In this document: positions 26,689 through 40,276 of the stretch, one piece after another
Position numbering within the stretch: the stretch's first letter is position 1
Layout: the number at the start of each line of letters is the position of its first letter
Source of the DNA: the human T2T-CHM13v2.0 reference genome, Homo sapiens
DNA: 64,000 nt
Direction: 5' to 3' (one strand)
Assembly: GCF_009914755.1 (NCBI RefSeq)
Contig: NC_060934.1
Program-made: the position numbers and the translations under genes
The notes under the pieces: generated by a model
Told to the model about the DNA's origin: nothing
What the model saw: the letters and a program-made list of their open reading frames with translations, nothing else
Databases searched by the model: none

Positions 26689-29601
26689 GCAACTATATGA
26701 CTGTATGTGGTCCTTACACAATGGATAGGTTTATGACTTGATTATCTAAGGAAGGAATGAAAAGGAAGAGGAAAGAAATAAAAGTGCAAGAACCATTGGG
26801 AGGTATCTAGGGGCAGATCAAGGGAGTCCTAACAACTTTGTATACAGTATCTCATTTAATACTGACTCCTAAAGAGAGTTAGGTGATGACTCAAAGTTCC
26901 TACAGTCTGTCCACTTTGGAGTCAGGAGTTGAGCTTAGGTCTGATTGACTCCAAACCCTGTAGGATGCCAAAATGTATAAGATTCCCATTATAAGTAAGG
27001 CATGGAACTCTAAGAATTGTAAATACTTCTCTAAATTTCACAATGACTCTCTTTTTTTTTGGTGTGATTATCACCCCCAATTTAGGAAACAGCCTGAGAG
27101 AGAGGAAGCAGTAATGGAGTTAGGGGAACAGAGCCCTGTGGCTTCCACCTTCACCTCTGATTTAGTCGGGGAATGAGAGATCCAGTAGATGTAAAAGCAA
27201 TGGCAGACCTCAGTAAAGGGGGAACCACATGGGCCTGAGGGAAGATGCTCCATGGTAAAATTATAAGGCTGTGCTCTGATTTCTTGGTTGGGGGAGACCT
27301 TAGTTAGCTCATCCTGGAAAGATTCTGGAGCCCAGAAAAGGACTCTGACTTTAATATCTCATTGGGATGATGGAGACTAAGCCTTTCTACTCAAGACAGC
27401 AGAGGGTTTATAGAGCCTGGTATTGTTCTTTTCAGCGTAACTTAAGTGGCTACTTGCAGTACAGAAAAGACTGGCTGAAAAACCAATAGTGATTCCAGGA
27501 CAGAGAATGGAGAAGCTTTTTGATTTAGGGTCCCAGGAATTCCTATTTCTAGAAGGAATGTGCTTTAGACTTGGAGCATCCTCAGAGAGTTCTATAAGAC
27601 TCACGGGATTACTGAAGCAATTCAGAGCTCTAACATCTCTGCATCTCAAATTTCTTTTCAAGGATAATTCAAGTAGGGAAGCCCTTCTGGAAATACAGGA
27701 CTTGAAAGCAAATAAAGGCATTCTATTAAGAATTAACTAAAATTAATACAAGAATATATTCCATTAATTTCAATTTAAATTAATAGGGGCATATTATAAG
27801 ACATTGGTATTACTAGGATGCTCAACACGAATAGTTTTAAAATGAATGTAAAAGCTTCCCTCTCTTAATGTTTTATATAATGCAATTAAAAAAGGAATTC
27901 ATTTAGCTATAATGTGCACATATATATTTTTAATATAATTATGTGTGTATGCCACAGCTATCCATTTACAGATTTAACTATGTATAATTTTAAAAATTTA
28001 AGCACATACAAATATAACATTTATAAGGACTTATTTATTTTAGATACATACATCTATGTATATCATTCATATAAAAATGGCTGTGGAGGAAAACATTGAG
28101 TATATCGTTTTCAGTTTATGTCTTGCTATATTTTGAGGAGTTAAATCTTTAACACTTTAAAGATTTGTTTGCTTTAAAATACCACGGTAAAGTTATCTAT
28201 TAATATAGTGCATTGGTTTGTTTGATAAAGAATTATGTCATTTAAAGAAATACTGGGCCATTATGTCCTAATGACAAGCCTAATGAGAAATGTCTGTCTC
28301 CAAATTTCACAAGAATAGAGAAAAAGTTGTTATGCAGCTGAGCCAAATTATGCTCTCCACCCCATCTGAGTAATTTAAACCCAGGTTGAATTGGGACACG
28401 GACAGGTGTAATTGGCCTAGTGTCTGCTATTTCCAGCCTTGCAATTACCATAATAAGGTTGTCTATAGAGAGGTCAGAAGCTAACAGCCAGTTTGGCTGT
28501 TGCCTTCTAAGACTGTCATCGGTGGGAGAACAAGGAGTCCATTGGGTCAGAAGGAAGAGCTGAATAGATGGTGGTAATTGGTCTAGTGACAGGAAGGTCT
28601 ACCAGAAGACAACAGAAATAGTCAGTGGCATTGAAAGACAAGGTAGCAACAAGGAAGCATGTGGGATGAATGACATCAGTGGATTTATAATTATAGTATG
28701 AATGAGGCTGGGGAGAGGCCGTGGGCCTGTAGTTAACAATCTAAAAAATGTTATGTGCTGGCTGTAAATTCATTAGAAAAAGAGACATGTACCCATAACC
28801 AGCTCTCTTGACTTATCCTACATGTCCAGGTCATAATGCAAACCTCAGAGGAAGAGAAAGTGCTGCTAGTCGATTTAAGAAGTGTCAAGTGTTCCATAAC
28901 GGACCGCTCTGGGGGAGTGTGTTTTAGAATGAAATTCTAAAAGGGGCTCTCTTTAAGCACAGACTATTTTACTTTCCTGAAAAAATAACACTGGTGACAC
29001 TAGTTTCCTGGGGTGACTTTCACAGTGCATACATGGTGCCCAAGGATGTGGATCTTGCAAACTTGATTCATTCCTATTGGCTTTGTACCTGCATAAATCT
29101 TTCCATAGCCTAGACCAAGAGTCCACTATCTCTTGCTGCCTCCACCCTTTTCACTGTGGATCTGTCTACATCTGCTGTCTTAGGGTCAGTCCCCTTTATG
29201 AATTAAAATTTGAAGAATTGTTTACTGATGCTTTTCTACCAGCCTTGGAGCCTCCCTTTTTCACTGAATGAGTTCCAGTTCAACAAGAACTTTATTCATG
29301 GTTCTCCTTTTCGATAACTCTGTAGTGATGAACAGTAGTTGCTGCAATCAAATTCAGTCCAGTGACAGTCTTTAAGTGTGCTGCTGTGGATTTCTAAGAA
29401 TAGTTCCTCCAAGGTACCTTGTATACTAGGAAAATAGAATTGAGTTAAGAAGGGAAGAGGCTTTTGTTACTCTTAGTTTTTCGCCCTGTTGACTATGGAA
29501 ACCACTTCATTTCTGCTGTAACACTCCTACTGTGTCTCCCTATTCATTTCTGATAATGTATTACTTTAATATCCACTGAATGAATGCTTCCCCCCACCCT
29601 C

Positions 29602-29898
<297 letters not shown>

Positions 29899-30285
29899 TA
29901 GATGCTTCTTAAATAGATGAATGAATCACTGAAGGAGATCTTTAAATGCAGAAGGACTCTTGTAAATTAATATAGGTGACCATTTGTTGAAAGTTACAAA
30001 AATCTTCTCTGCAAATTTTCTATCGTCATTATTGAAGGGCATGAAATTAGTTCACAGCATGCATGAAAGAAACTGCTGCTTTGTTTTTAGGATAAGGCAT
30101 GACCCCCCACCAAAAGTAGGCGGAGAATAATTAGGAGCCATGTGCATGAGTACAGTTTAGTACCACAAATATGTATTAAATGTCAGTTACTGTTTTAGGA
30201 GTTACAGATACAAACGTAAAGAAAACAGCCTCTGTTCTAAAAAAATATGTATGTTCTTGTGAAGTAGATTGGTGGCAAAAGAGTG

Positions 30286-30390
30286 ATCTATCTATCTATT
30301 TATCTATATATATATATATATTACTCCTAGCATAATACACGCAAACACACACATACACACACATATATGTTTAGTACAAATATATATATG
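30286..30390. repeat. (TCTA)/(TA)/(CA) simple repeats
   Basis: Seen directly. Confidence 0.8.
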
Positions 30391-30877
30391 ACTCTAGGTC
30401 ATATATATACTCTAGGAGTATAAAGAAGAGACACTTAATCTAGCCACGTTAATGGACAGCTGGGAGTGGATGGTGTGTTTGAGATGAGTAGGAGACACAT
30501 TAATTAGTTAAGGCTTTCTGGATGAAGTGAAAAACTTAAGCAAAGAAACAGTCACATAAGTAGGAAAATGAGATGGTAGAAAGAGATGGAACATGATGTC
30601 AGAGAGAAAATGGTTGTATCATGAAGACATTTGTGAAATGTATTTATAGATAAAAGCATGAATTGAATACCTATAAGATGCCATTTGAATTGAATACTTA
30701 TAGGATGCCATTTGAAAATTTAAGATGGGAATACCCTGACCAGATTTATATTTTCTGCATGTAATGTAACTCTGGTATATAGTTGTGATATGCTTTTACT
30801 ATAAAGTATAAAATTCTTTATATCTTTTATATTTTACTATAAGATATAAAATTTTCTTATAGTAAAATATAAAAGAA

Positions 30878-31163
30878 TGGGATGCTCACTTAAGTTTGAT
30901 TTTTTTTTTCTTGTTTTAGAGATAAGGTCTTACTGTCTTGCCCAGGCTGGTCTCAAACTCCTGGTCTCAAGCCATCCTCCTGCTTTGGCCTCCCAAAGTA
31001 CTGGGATTACAGATGTGAGCCATGGTACTCGTCCAAGTTTGAATGTTAGATAAATAAGGAGTAACGTTTCAGCATGAAACATACCTATACAGTATTAAAT
31101 ATTGTTTGTTATTTATCTGAATTTCAAATTTAACCAGACTTCCTGTATTTTATCTGGCCACAC
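30878..31163. mobile_element. MER53 palindromic hAT MITE interrupted by a FLAM
   Basis: AAGTTTGAATGTTAGATAAA..TTTATCTGAATTTCAAATTTAAC..CCTGTATTTTATCTGGC matches MER53. Confidence 0.7.
30900..31034 (-). mobile_element. FLAM_C nested in MER53
   Basis: Alu left monomer with TSD AAGTTTGA (30892-30899 / 31035-31042). Confidence 0.85.
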
Positions 31164-33717
31164 TGTTCCAGGGCAGTGTGAGCGATGGGTTTGGGGAACT
31201 CTAGGCAGGAAACATGGAGCCCAATTAGGTGGGCAGAGAGTGGCTTGAATTAGGGCTGGGTAGTGGGAATGTGGGAGGAAACTGAGGCTCAGCTGGATGA
31301 ATGAATCCGTTCATCCCAAAGGACCCCAGCTAGGCAGAACCAAATTTGATTCTAGGTTTCTTCAACTTAAAAACCCATGCTTTTATCCCCAATGGTTTAT
31401 TCGTCCATCACCTGGCTTACTCACCCTGTTTTCTCATTTAAATGACAGAGGCCAACTGGTCTAATGATTACCATCATTATTATTATGCAAAACTGCCTCA
31501 GTAGATACCAACCCACTTTGAGGATTGGCTGTCCCTACATAAGGTTATCACTTCTGGATCAGTTAATTGTTGACCCCTTGCTCAAGGTCAACCAAGGTTT
31601 CCTTTTCTTTGCAAGCACTGCATGCACGGCAGATTCTGTGAGGGGCATGCCAAATCCAGGGAGAAAAATGGCGGAAATTGGAAAGTTACAAGGGTGATAT
31701 TTTCCTGTGATTTGCTCTTTCCTCCATTGCTAACCCTTGTTGACTTACTAAGATCTTGACATATGTAAGTTTTTAAAATTTTTCCTATCAACCATAGGAG
31801 GTAGGTTTTATAATTATTTTTAATTTACAGAGGAGAAATCTGAAACACAGGCAGGTTAGGTAATTTCCCCAAGTAAGCAAGTTCACAAAGCCTCTAGTGA
31901 GTGCCTATCTCCAAGACGTATGGGTGTGTGAGGCTGGAAATGAGAAATGTTTAGGATCACTAAAAATTAGCCCAAAACTTAAAAGTAGCTATGGGAACAG
32001 ATCTCAAAAGTGTAAAGGCAGAGATATAACGGGAAGGTTTTCTTCCTAGCTGGGTGACCTTGAGTAGGTTCTTTAAACACAGGATTTGTGAAATGGGAAA
32101 AATCCTCTCTTCACAGCATTTTTAGGAGAAGAGCCTGTTTTTTATAAGCCAAAAACTGTTTTATTAATGTTGCTATAGCATAGTTTTAAGGTGATTTTTT
32201 TTAACTCAATAGTAATTTCCTACCTATGAGCCAAGTAACATTATCACAATTTGAAATACCTAGTTCTATTGATTATTAAATTATTACAAGATAATAAAAT
32301 AATTTGTGATTATTAAGCAATTCAGCAAAAAACACTTTATGATTTAGTATCTGTTAATATCATTCTTAGCTTCAGCTTTTTTTCCCTAATATGCTTTTTA
32401 TTATACTTTTTAGAAAGTGAGATTTCTTCTAAGGTTCATCTCTTCTGGGCCTTGTCTAAAGTTTTTTAGTTCTTGAATACAAAAATGATGCCATTAAATG
32501 AACTCATCACTATGTAAGGCGTCCTGCACAACGCATACTTAGGATAGAATAATTTAAAGCCTCCAGTGTTACGTAGCTTTGATCTTATTCTCCTTGTAAT
32601 AAGAGATATTAACTAAATCAAGTAACAGATTTAAAAAATAAACAGATTAAGATATATCTACATGAAATTACCAAATGGGTCAAGCTATGTACATTTTGTA
32701 TGTTGATTAACGGAATGATCCAATTCAATTTGACTACTGAAATAAGTAGGTCATGCATGAGCCAGTAATATAGACAGAAACCCAAAGCTACTTACTGTGA
32801 AAGAAACACAAAATCTCTTATCAAATATCTTTACTTCTCCACACCTGTGTTGTTGTGTTTTAAAACTTTAATGACTCAAAGTTTTCTAAATAAATACATG
32901 CTTAGTTTTTTTTTTAAATTTAACTAATTCAAAATTATTCTGTGAGTTACTAGAACTGTTCAAACACTGCTTCTTGAAAGAAAATCTTTAGTTTTTTCTT
33001 CTGGTAAGTATACATTTACTTTAAAACAAGATTCTATAGCAAATTAAGAAAGGGAATAGGGGCTTTTATCCATTTCTTTGGAAATGGACATAGAGACAAT
33101 GAAATAAAACAAATAAGGCCAAGACAACAGTATTGTTTTATTATTTCTGAGAGTGAGCGTCAGATCTTAGGGCTGAAGGCTGGCAGGGCTGTGTTATTTT
33201 AGGCTTGGTTACAAATCTGGGTAATTTAAGAAGACAGTTTGTTTCTAGCTTTCCTGGGCTCTACAGCCCCTGTGCTTTTCCTTCCCTGTACCAATTCAGA
33301 GGCCAACTCCAGGTCAAATTTGGAGGACAAATGCTGGTAATATAAATATATGTTGCTGGGCAATGTTAAGAATGGAGTCTGCAGCCTACAGTCTGTCCTG
33401 TGACTTTTAGTTCTTTATTTGGGGAGAGAAAGTTGATCGAAGTCTTTAAAAACATTTTAAGCTGGCATGCTTTCAATTTCTCAGCCCAAGTGGCAATTAT
33501 CTGGAGAAAAGTAGTTGATTACATCTATATGAAACTTTTCATCTGGGTTTGCCAAGGCATTTTTTATTAATACAAATTAATTAACTTCACTAAAGTTAAA
33601 GGCAGAGTAGCATTTTTATTATGGCCCATGGAAGGATTAGGCTGTACAACTGGAAAGCTGCATGGTATAATTCAATGTGTGGTTGTAGGGGTCACTAGCA
33701 GTAGTGTTTCTGGAGTC

Positions 33718-33819
33718 CAAAATAGATGTTCCAGTCACCAGCTTGAAGGCTTGAAGACCAGTGCAAGCTTTGGAATTGGTCTTCAAGCCTTCAAATTGGT
33801 GACTGGAACACCTATTTTG
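33718..33819. repeat. Long inverted repeat (43-bp arms, 16-nt semi-palindromic centre)
   Basis: CAAAATAGATGTTCCAGTCACCAGCTTGAAGGCTTGAAGACCA (33718-33760) versus TGGTCTTCAAGCCTTCAAATTGGTGACTGGAACACCTATTTTG (33777-33819): 40 of 43 Watson-Crick pairs. Confidence 0.95.
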
Positions 33820-36414
33820 TAAAGTGAAAGTAAATTTGTAAAATGAAGGTAAATTTGTTTACTTTCATTGCTCTCTCCCTATTACTGTGCCTCAAACCTA
33901 TGTGTGGAAACCTGCCCTACCTATATATGGAAATGTGGAACCCCATGATAAACCTATGTTGTTCAAATATGGCCTCTATTCTCCATGTTTTCCAAAACTG
34001 CTGTAATCTGTGATATGTTCAATGAGTTGTTTCTGAGTATTCTGATGTTTCAATAAATTTGTCAATAGCCATGGCTACGGATGGAACATCTTCATGAAAA
34101 ATTAAAAAGACTTTTTAGTTAGATTTTAAATGCAGTATGAAAATATTAGTAGCTCACTTACCTTTCCAATTAGGTGTATTTCAAAGTGAGTTTGCATTTC
34201 TGAAGAAATGTAAACTGACACAAGGAAAATTGGCATGTTAGGAGACAAGGGTAGGATTAAAAATGTGCTGTTAGTTCATTGGTAAATTATTTAAGCCATT
34301 GTGGGGAGGTGGGTGTTGACTCTATTTTTCCTGCTGGGCACATCAGAATATTAAAGGGAGGTAATAATGTATTTCAGCAGGCTCTTGTGTGAGTTGCTAT
34401 AAATTGCAGAACTTCTGTCACAGATTATTAATTTTTCTTAACTTTAATCTCTGAAAATGAGAAAAAAGTGAGATAGTAATGCTGAATTTTGAGAACAATA
34501 AGGGAAACATGATACATAATTTGGGAAAGTAATTTATAAACAGGAAATATATGAAATGCATAAGATGTTTAATAATAATATTCTGCATTCTTCCTGGAAA
34601 ATTAAATACAATTAATAACACATTCATTTTAAGGAAATACATTTGATGTTTAACTGGTGATATAGTAATTCTTCATAAGTCGTTAGATTATTATGAATCT
34701 AAAGAAGGGTATATATACGAGCATCCTATTTCTCTTAGACAGTTTTTGCAAATTCTCATAATTTCAGGGCCTAGCTCTCAATTGCCTTAAGAAGAACATG
34801 TATTTGCCAGTTTTCCTTTCAGCCTTTTCCCTACCATCATCTGCAGACAAAGATCTTGTTATTTGATTTGATAATTTATTTAATTGACAGTTTAATGGGT
34901 CATGTTTCCTGGTTCCAATTTTAATAACAGTGTTTGTGGTTCATAGCTTTCTTTTTTTAAACTTATCTCTGTCCCTAGTCCAGGCTAGCAATTAGGCAAT
35001 TTGTTTGTTTATTTACAAATGATCCCCCCGAAAATATCAAATAGTATATGGATGATTTTTTTATCATGTCTGCATATTGACCCTGGATGTGATATGGTTA
35101 GGAGACTGTGAGAGAGTAATAGGCTTGGCCCAGAGTGAAAAGATCTGCCTTGGATTCAAGAAGCCTGACTCTGAGACTCGTTGGTTGAGTGATCTCAGAG
35201 CAATCATCAAGTCTACAGATCACTTCTTATGTTTGTAAAATGGGGTCGGGCTAGTCCCCCTCCCCCAGAATAGATGCCTAATAAATGAATGTTGAGTGCA
35301 GTCTCCTTCTATTTAAAGAAAATTCTCTAATTCTATGATTATTGTTATTACAGACTTACAGAATCGCAGGGCTAGAATGAATTTTTGGCTCCACCAATTC
35401 AAACTTGACCAACATTTCCTCCAATTACAAAGTAAAGGGGGAAGAAACAAAGAAAGAAAAAGTAGATACGCAAGTCAGAAAGGCAATTTCTTCTCTCTCT
35501 TTTATGTCATAATCAACAAAATATTTCCCTATGATACATTCATCATCGCCCTCAGATTACATATAAATGTCACCCACCATATAGAAAGGACTGGGCTCTC
35601 TCTGGTTGACTTTGATACACGTCATATCTGAAACTCTGAGTTTGATTGTCTTATGCACTTTATGTCCACCTTTTAAAATTCTGCACAAAATCCGGCATGA
35701 GCAGTAATTTGGTTAGTTGGTGGTTACTTTCTGGTTTTATTGATTTGGAATTGGCCCAAGACCCTCCTGGTTTGTCATACATTTGGTTTTGGAATTAAAA
35801 CAGGAAATACTGAAGCAGATTAGAATGGAAACAACAACAAAGTGGTATTTTCCAAACATGAATAAAATATTGGTTTAAAGTAGAGGGGATTTCCATGACT
35901 AAAATCTTTTTGTATTTCCCTAGCTCCAAAAGAATTGTTTTCCCAGTCTGGAATTGTGATATTCCACTGACAGGCACTGATGAAAGATGAGCTAGAGATA
36001 AAACGATGCCTCAGGAAGGAATGAAACCAGAGGCTCACACCCAGGGGAGGGGCACAGCGCACCTGAAGATTACCCAGGTGCCCATGGGGCTTGATGTTTG
36101 CATTTTTTTAAATTTTGTTTTTAAAGAACACCTCAGCTATGCAACATAGCTATGGCTTCGTGCCTGTGCTCGGTACAGGGATTTGATTGATAAAGTTCCC
36201 ACCACATTAGACCTGGAGGCTGAGCCCAACATCTGGAGCCAAGTTTTGCAATCGAGTCTTTATATCACTAGTGAAGAACTGCTCCCTGCAAATAGGCAGC
36301 AAACCACATAGTGTTCTTTCACAGCGTGAACAATTGGCCTGTGCATTTGTTATGGCATTTCTTTCTATGGTACTTCCCATTTCAGATGAAGCACAAGTAA
36401 GAACTGTGTTTCTC

Positions 36415-36552
36415 TCTTTATTTTTAAGAAAAATAGCAAGAGAGGGTCTTGCTATGTTGCCCAGGCTCAAACTTGGGATTCAAGCAATCCTCTTGCCTCA
36501 TCCTCCCAAAGTGCCAGGATTACAGACGAGAACCACCACATGAGCCTGGCCA
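36415..36552 (-). mobile_element. FLAM (free left Alu monomer)
   Basis: GGGTCTTGCTATGTTGCCCAGGCT..CTCCCAAAGTGCCAGGATTACAG..CCTGGCC. Confidence 0.85.
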
Positions 36553-38008
36553 AATGAGAACTTTCTGAAAAAGATATTGCCATCTAGAAAACTTCTTCCC
36601 CTAAAGTCTTAGAATTTGATACTCAAATGGTTTCCTATTTGAAAAAATTTATGATTAGATGTTTTGGTAAGACAAAGAGATTTATTCTGAGAATCATGGC
36701 AGCCACCTTTTGATGGGTATAAATGGTCTCTGTGAAGTGCTATCTCTACTACATAAACACGACTCAATAAAGATTTCTTTCAGCAAATGTTAAACCCATT
36801 GATGGAACTGAGTCAAAGAAGAATGGTTCTTTATATTCCCTAATTCAAATACCTTGTAGTCAAGATAGTAGTAATGCATTTATTTGTCAATACTTTATTT
36901 CTTTATCCCAAGGAAATAATTGGGTTGAATTGCCCATTTGTGGTATTTTGTAAGATAACTGAAGGAAATGGTGCCTTTATGTAGAAATTGGCAAGAGGAT
37001 GATTTTGTATTTTTCATTTGCTAGTTCTCTTCCCTTGTTAAGGCAGACAAAACTCATGTAAGATTTTTTTTTCATATGCAGAACATAAATGCTGTGTGAT
37101 GCACCTAGAGGGTTATTTGGATGCCTTCTGACCTTTTGATGAGTGAATTGAGTGAAATGGTGTATGTGAAAACTCTTTGATACATATATAGTTCTAAATA
37201 AATGTATAACATTGCTGCCTATTGTAGGCTTTCCATTCGAGGATACAGTGTGTTCTCAGTGCCACACTCCTGTGCTGATCTTTTCAGGATAAAACTATCC
37301 AGAAAAGCTCCTTCCTTCCACCTTGTCTTTAGTACTACACTGAGTAGATTGTCTTTGTAGCAGATTTAATGTACTCATTAGTCCAAGTCCAGACAAGGAA
37401 AGTTACTCATGTGAAACTAAAGAGGTAATTACTGTGGGTAGCTTGTTATTAAATTAATATTGAAATAACATATACCTTTTTAGATGGCCTAATTTGAAGA
37501 GAATTCACCTGCCTTGTCTCTATGAATGAGAAATGACTTAGTTGAGATCTATTCCTGGCAATCAGGTAACACTATCTCCAAATGTAAGGAAGCATGACAC
37601 TAGATCGCACTGCATGTTACCAATGGATAAAACCAAGAAACTCAGACTTGCCTCAAGTCTGTCTAGTTCTGTTTCTACAACTTTGGAAAGAAGTTCAGGA
37701 ACATATGTATTACTCAAGAGAAGTGTATGATGAAAAGCTTACTGCAGTTAAATAGCTTATGACTTCACGAACATTTAAGTGCATTTACCACAAACGGATA
37801 ATGTTATTTATGTTTTGGAATAAATAGAGCTGAAATAAATATGATTACTACCTGCAAGTATTAACATTAAGAGGTACGTAAATTCCTTGTATTGAAAAGT
37901 ATATATATCTGAACTTTTTGCTTGCCACAAGTCTTGAATAACAAGTAACAAACATCTATTTAGAACTCACTGGGATCAAGGTCCTATGAATAAGAAAATG
38001 CCATATAC

Positions 38009-38847
38009 AAAGAGAAACTGGACTCCTATCTTTCACCATATATAAAAATTAACTCAAGATGGATTAAAGACTTAAATATAAGGCCTGGAACTACAAAAAC
38101 ACTAGAAGAAAACCCAGGAAAAACGCTTCTAGACATTGGCCTAGGCAAATAATTCATGAATAAGACCTCAAAAGTAGATTCAACAGAAACAAAAATAGAC
38201 GATTAGGACTTAATTAAACTAAAAAGCTTCTGCACAGCAAAAGAAATAATCAGCAGAGTGAACAAAGAACCTGCAGAATGGGAGAAAATATTTGCAAACT
38301 ATTCCTCTGATGAGGGCCTAATATTCAGAATCTACAATGAACTCCTCAATAACTCAACAACAGCAATAAAACAAATAACCCCATTAAAAAGTGGGCAAAG
38401 AACATGAACAGACTTTTTCAAAAGAAGACATACAAATGACCAACAAACATGAAAAAATGCTCAACATCACTGACATCACAGAAATGCAAATTAAGACCAC
38501 AATGAGGCACCATCTTACACCAGTCAGAGTGGCTATTATTAAAAAGCCAAAAACAACAGATATTGGTGAGGTTGTGGAGAAAAGGAAAGGCTTATACATT
38601 GTTGGAGGGAATGTAAACAGTTCAGCCTCTATGGAAAACATAACGGACATTTCTCAAAGAACTAAAAATAGAACTACCATTAAATCTGGCAATCCCACTC
38701 CTGGGCATACACCGAAAGGAAAACAAATCATTATATCAAAAAGATACCTGCTCTTGTATGTTTACTGCAGCAGTATTTACAACAGCAAAGATATGGAATC
38801 AACCTACCAGTCCATCAATGGATGATTGGATAAAGAAAATGTGATAC

Positions 38848-38882
<35 letters not shown>

Positions 38883-39238
38883 CCATGGAATACTACTCAT
38901 CCATAAAAATAAATGAAATCCTGTCTCTTGCATCAATGTGAATGGAACTAGAAGTCATTATTTTAAGTGAAATAACTCCGAAGCAGAAGGTAAAGTATTG
39001 CATGTTCTCACTTATAAGTGGGAGATAAATAATGTGTTCACATGGACATAGAGAGTAGAATAATAGACACTGGAGACTTGGAAGGGTGGGAGACTGGGCA
39101 TGAGGGATGAGAAATTACTTAATGGATACAATGTACATTATTCAGGTGAGAATTACACTAAAGACCCGAACTTCACCTCTTTCATCCAGGTAACAAAACT
39201 CCACTTGTATTCCCTAAATTTATACAAAAAGAGGGAGA
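38009..39238 (+). mobile_element. L1MA (MA2/3-like), 5'-truncated: ORF2 C-terminus plus 3'UTR
   Basis: Remnant ORF 38391-38825 (FSKEDIQM..EMQIKTTMRHHLTPVRVAIIKK); (CA)n at 38846-38882; TSD-like AAATGCCAT at 37996-38004 / 39241-39249. Confidence 0.93.
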
Positions 39239-39769
39239 GGAAATGCCATGTCCTCAAGTAACCTATGAGAGGAGAGAGGGAGAAATAAGATCTGTAAGGC
39301 AAAATATGGGAAGGGCTGTGACTAATGTCACAATCAGGGTACCAGTCTGCATACCTCTCTTGGGAACTCTGGGAGTTAGGTCAGGCCATGTATGAAGACC
39401 CTGTACGTCTCCTGGAAGAAACAACACCTATAAAGTTTGTCACCATTTTTCTAGGTCAACGGGGAAGATAGGCTCTAAATAAAAGGGGTAGGAGAGTTGA
39501 CCTCAGCCTCTTTTGGAAGTGCACCAAGAAGGGAGAGAATTTGGCCTGCGTGGAGAAACCTTAGGCCCACAGCCGGACTGCCAGTTCTGAGTGAGGAGGG
39601 AGCTACACTTCCGAGCACGCTTCATGACTCAGTCACACGCTCCCTGTCTGGGCCTGGCAATCCCTCATGCTCTGCTCTGGGTTTGTCTTCTCCTATTCTT
39701 TTTACCCATAGTGAAAAGAATTTTTCTGCTCTGTTTTGTCACTAATTTCTCCTGGTTCTTAAGTTTGGC

Positions 39770-39960
39770 TTACATGTCTCTTCTTCCAGGAGGCCTCTCT
39801 TGACCTCACAATAGGATGAGGGGACCTTTTTACACATTCCCATAAGCATCCCATTTTTTTCCGGTCAGAGGGCTTATCTCATTGGACATACTTGCCTGTT
39901 GACGTGTGTCATTCACTAGACTGGGAGCCCCATGACATCGAGGTGTGGGTCTCTCTTTCC
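39770..39960 (+). mobile_element. L2 fragment
   Basis: CTTCCAGGAGGCCTCTCTTGACC..CACTAGACTGGGAGCCCCATGA. Confidence 0.5.
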
Positions 39961-40160
39961 TCATTTTTTAGGATTCTGAGTCATACTTGCCTTCCCTTCG
40001 GTGCTGCTGCACCAATTCACAGTTGTGTGGACTCCTCCTGTGGATCTCCCCTCTTGCTCTTTGCACAGACAGTAATATTGTCCTCCTATGTCTTCCTCTT
40101 CTCAGTCATGCAAAAAGATTCTCTTCAGTCTTAGTCTTTATTCATTTATTCTTATTTTTT

Positions 40161-40276
40161 AGCCCATTGCATCCAGTATTCCCAGGTGGTCTTCCATCCA
40201 AGTACTAACCGGGCTGGATCCTGCTTAGCTTCTGAGACTAGAGATTGAGTACATTCACAGTGCTGTGGCTATAGAC
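40161..40276 (-). pseudogene. 5S rRNA pseudogene; probably RNA5SP299 (number from memory)
   Basis: Reverse complement GTCTATAGCCACAGCACTGTGAATG..CAGAAGCTAAGCAGGATCCAGCCCGGTTAGTACTTGGATGGAAGACCACCTGGGAATACTGGATGCAATGGGCT aligns end to end with 5S rRNA. An A-rich tail follows (T-rich 40137-40160 on +). Confidence 0.93.

Noticed and set aside
26274-26741. 155-aa ORF
   Set aside because: Antisense reading of a solo LTR; no homology recognised.
28890-28912. REST/RE1-like ACGGACCGCTCT
   Set aside because: Right half-site only, with a mismatch.
38391-38825. 144-aa ORF
   Set aside because: Frameshifted remnant of the L1 ORF2 C-terminus.
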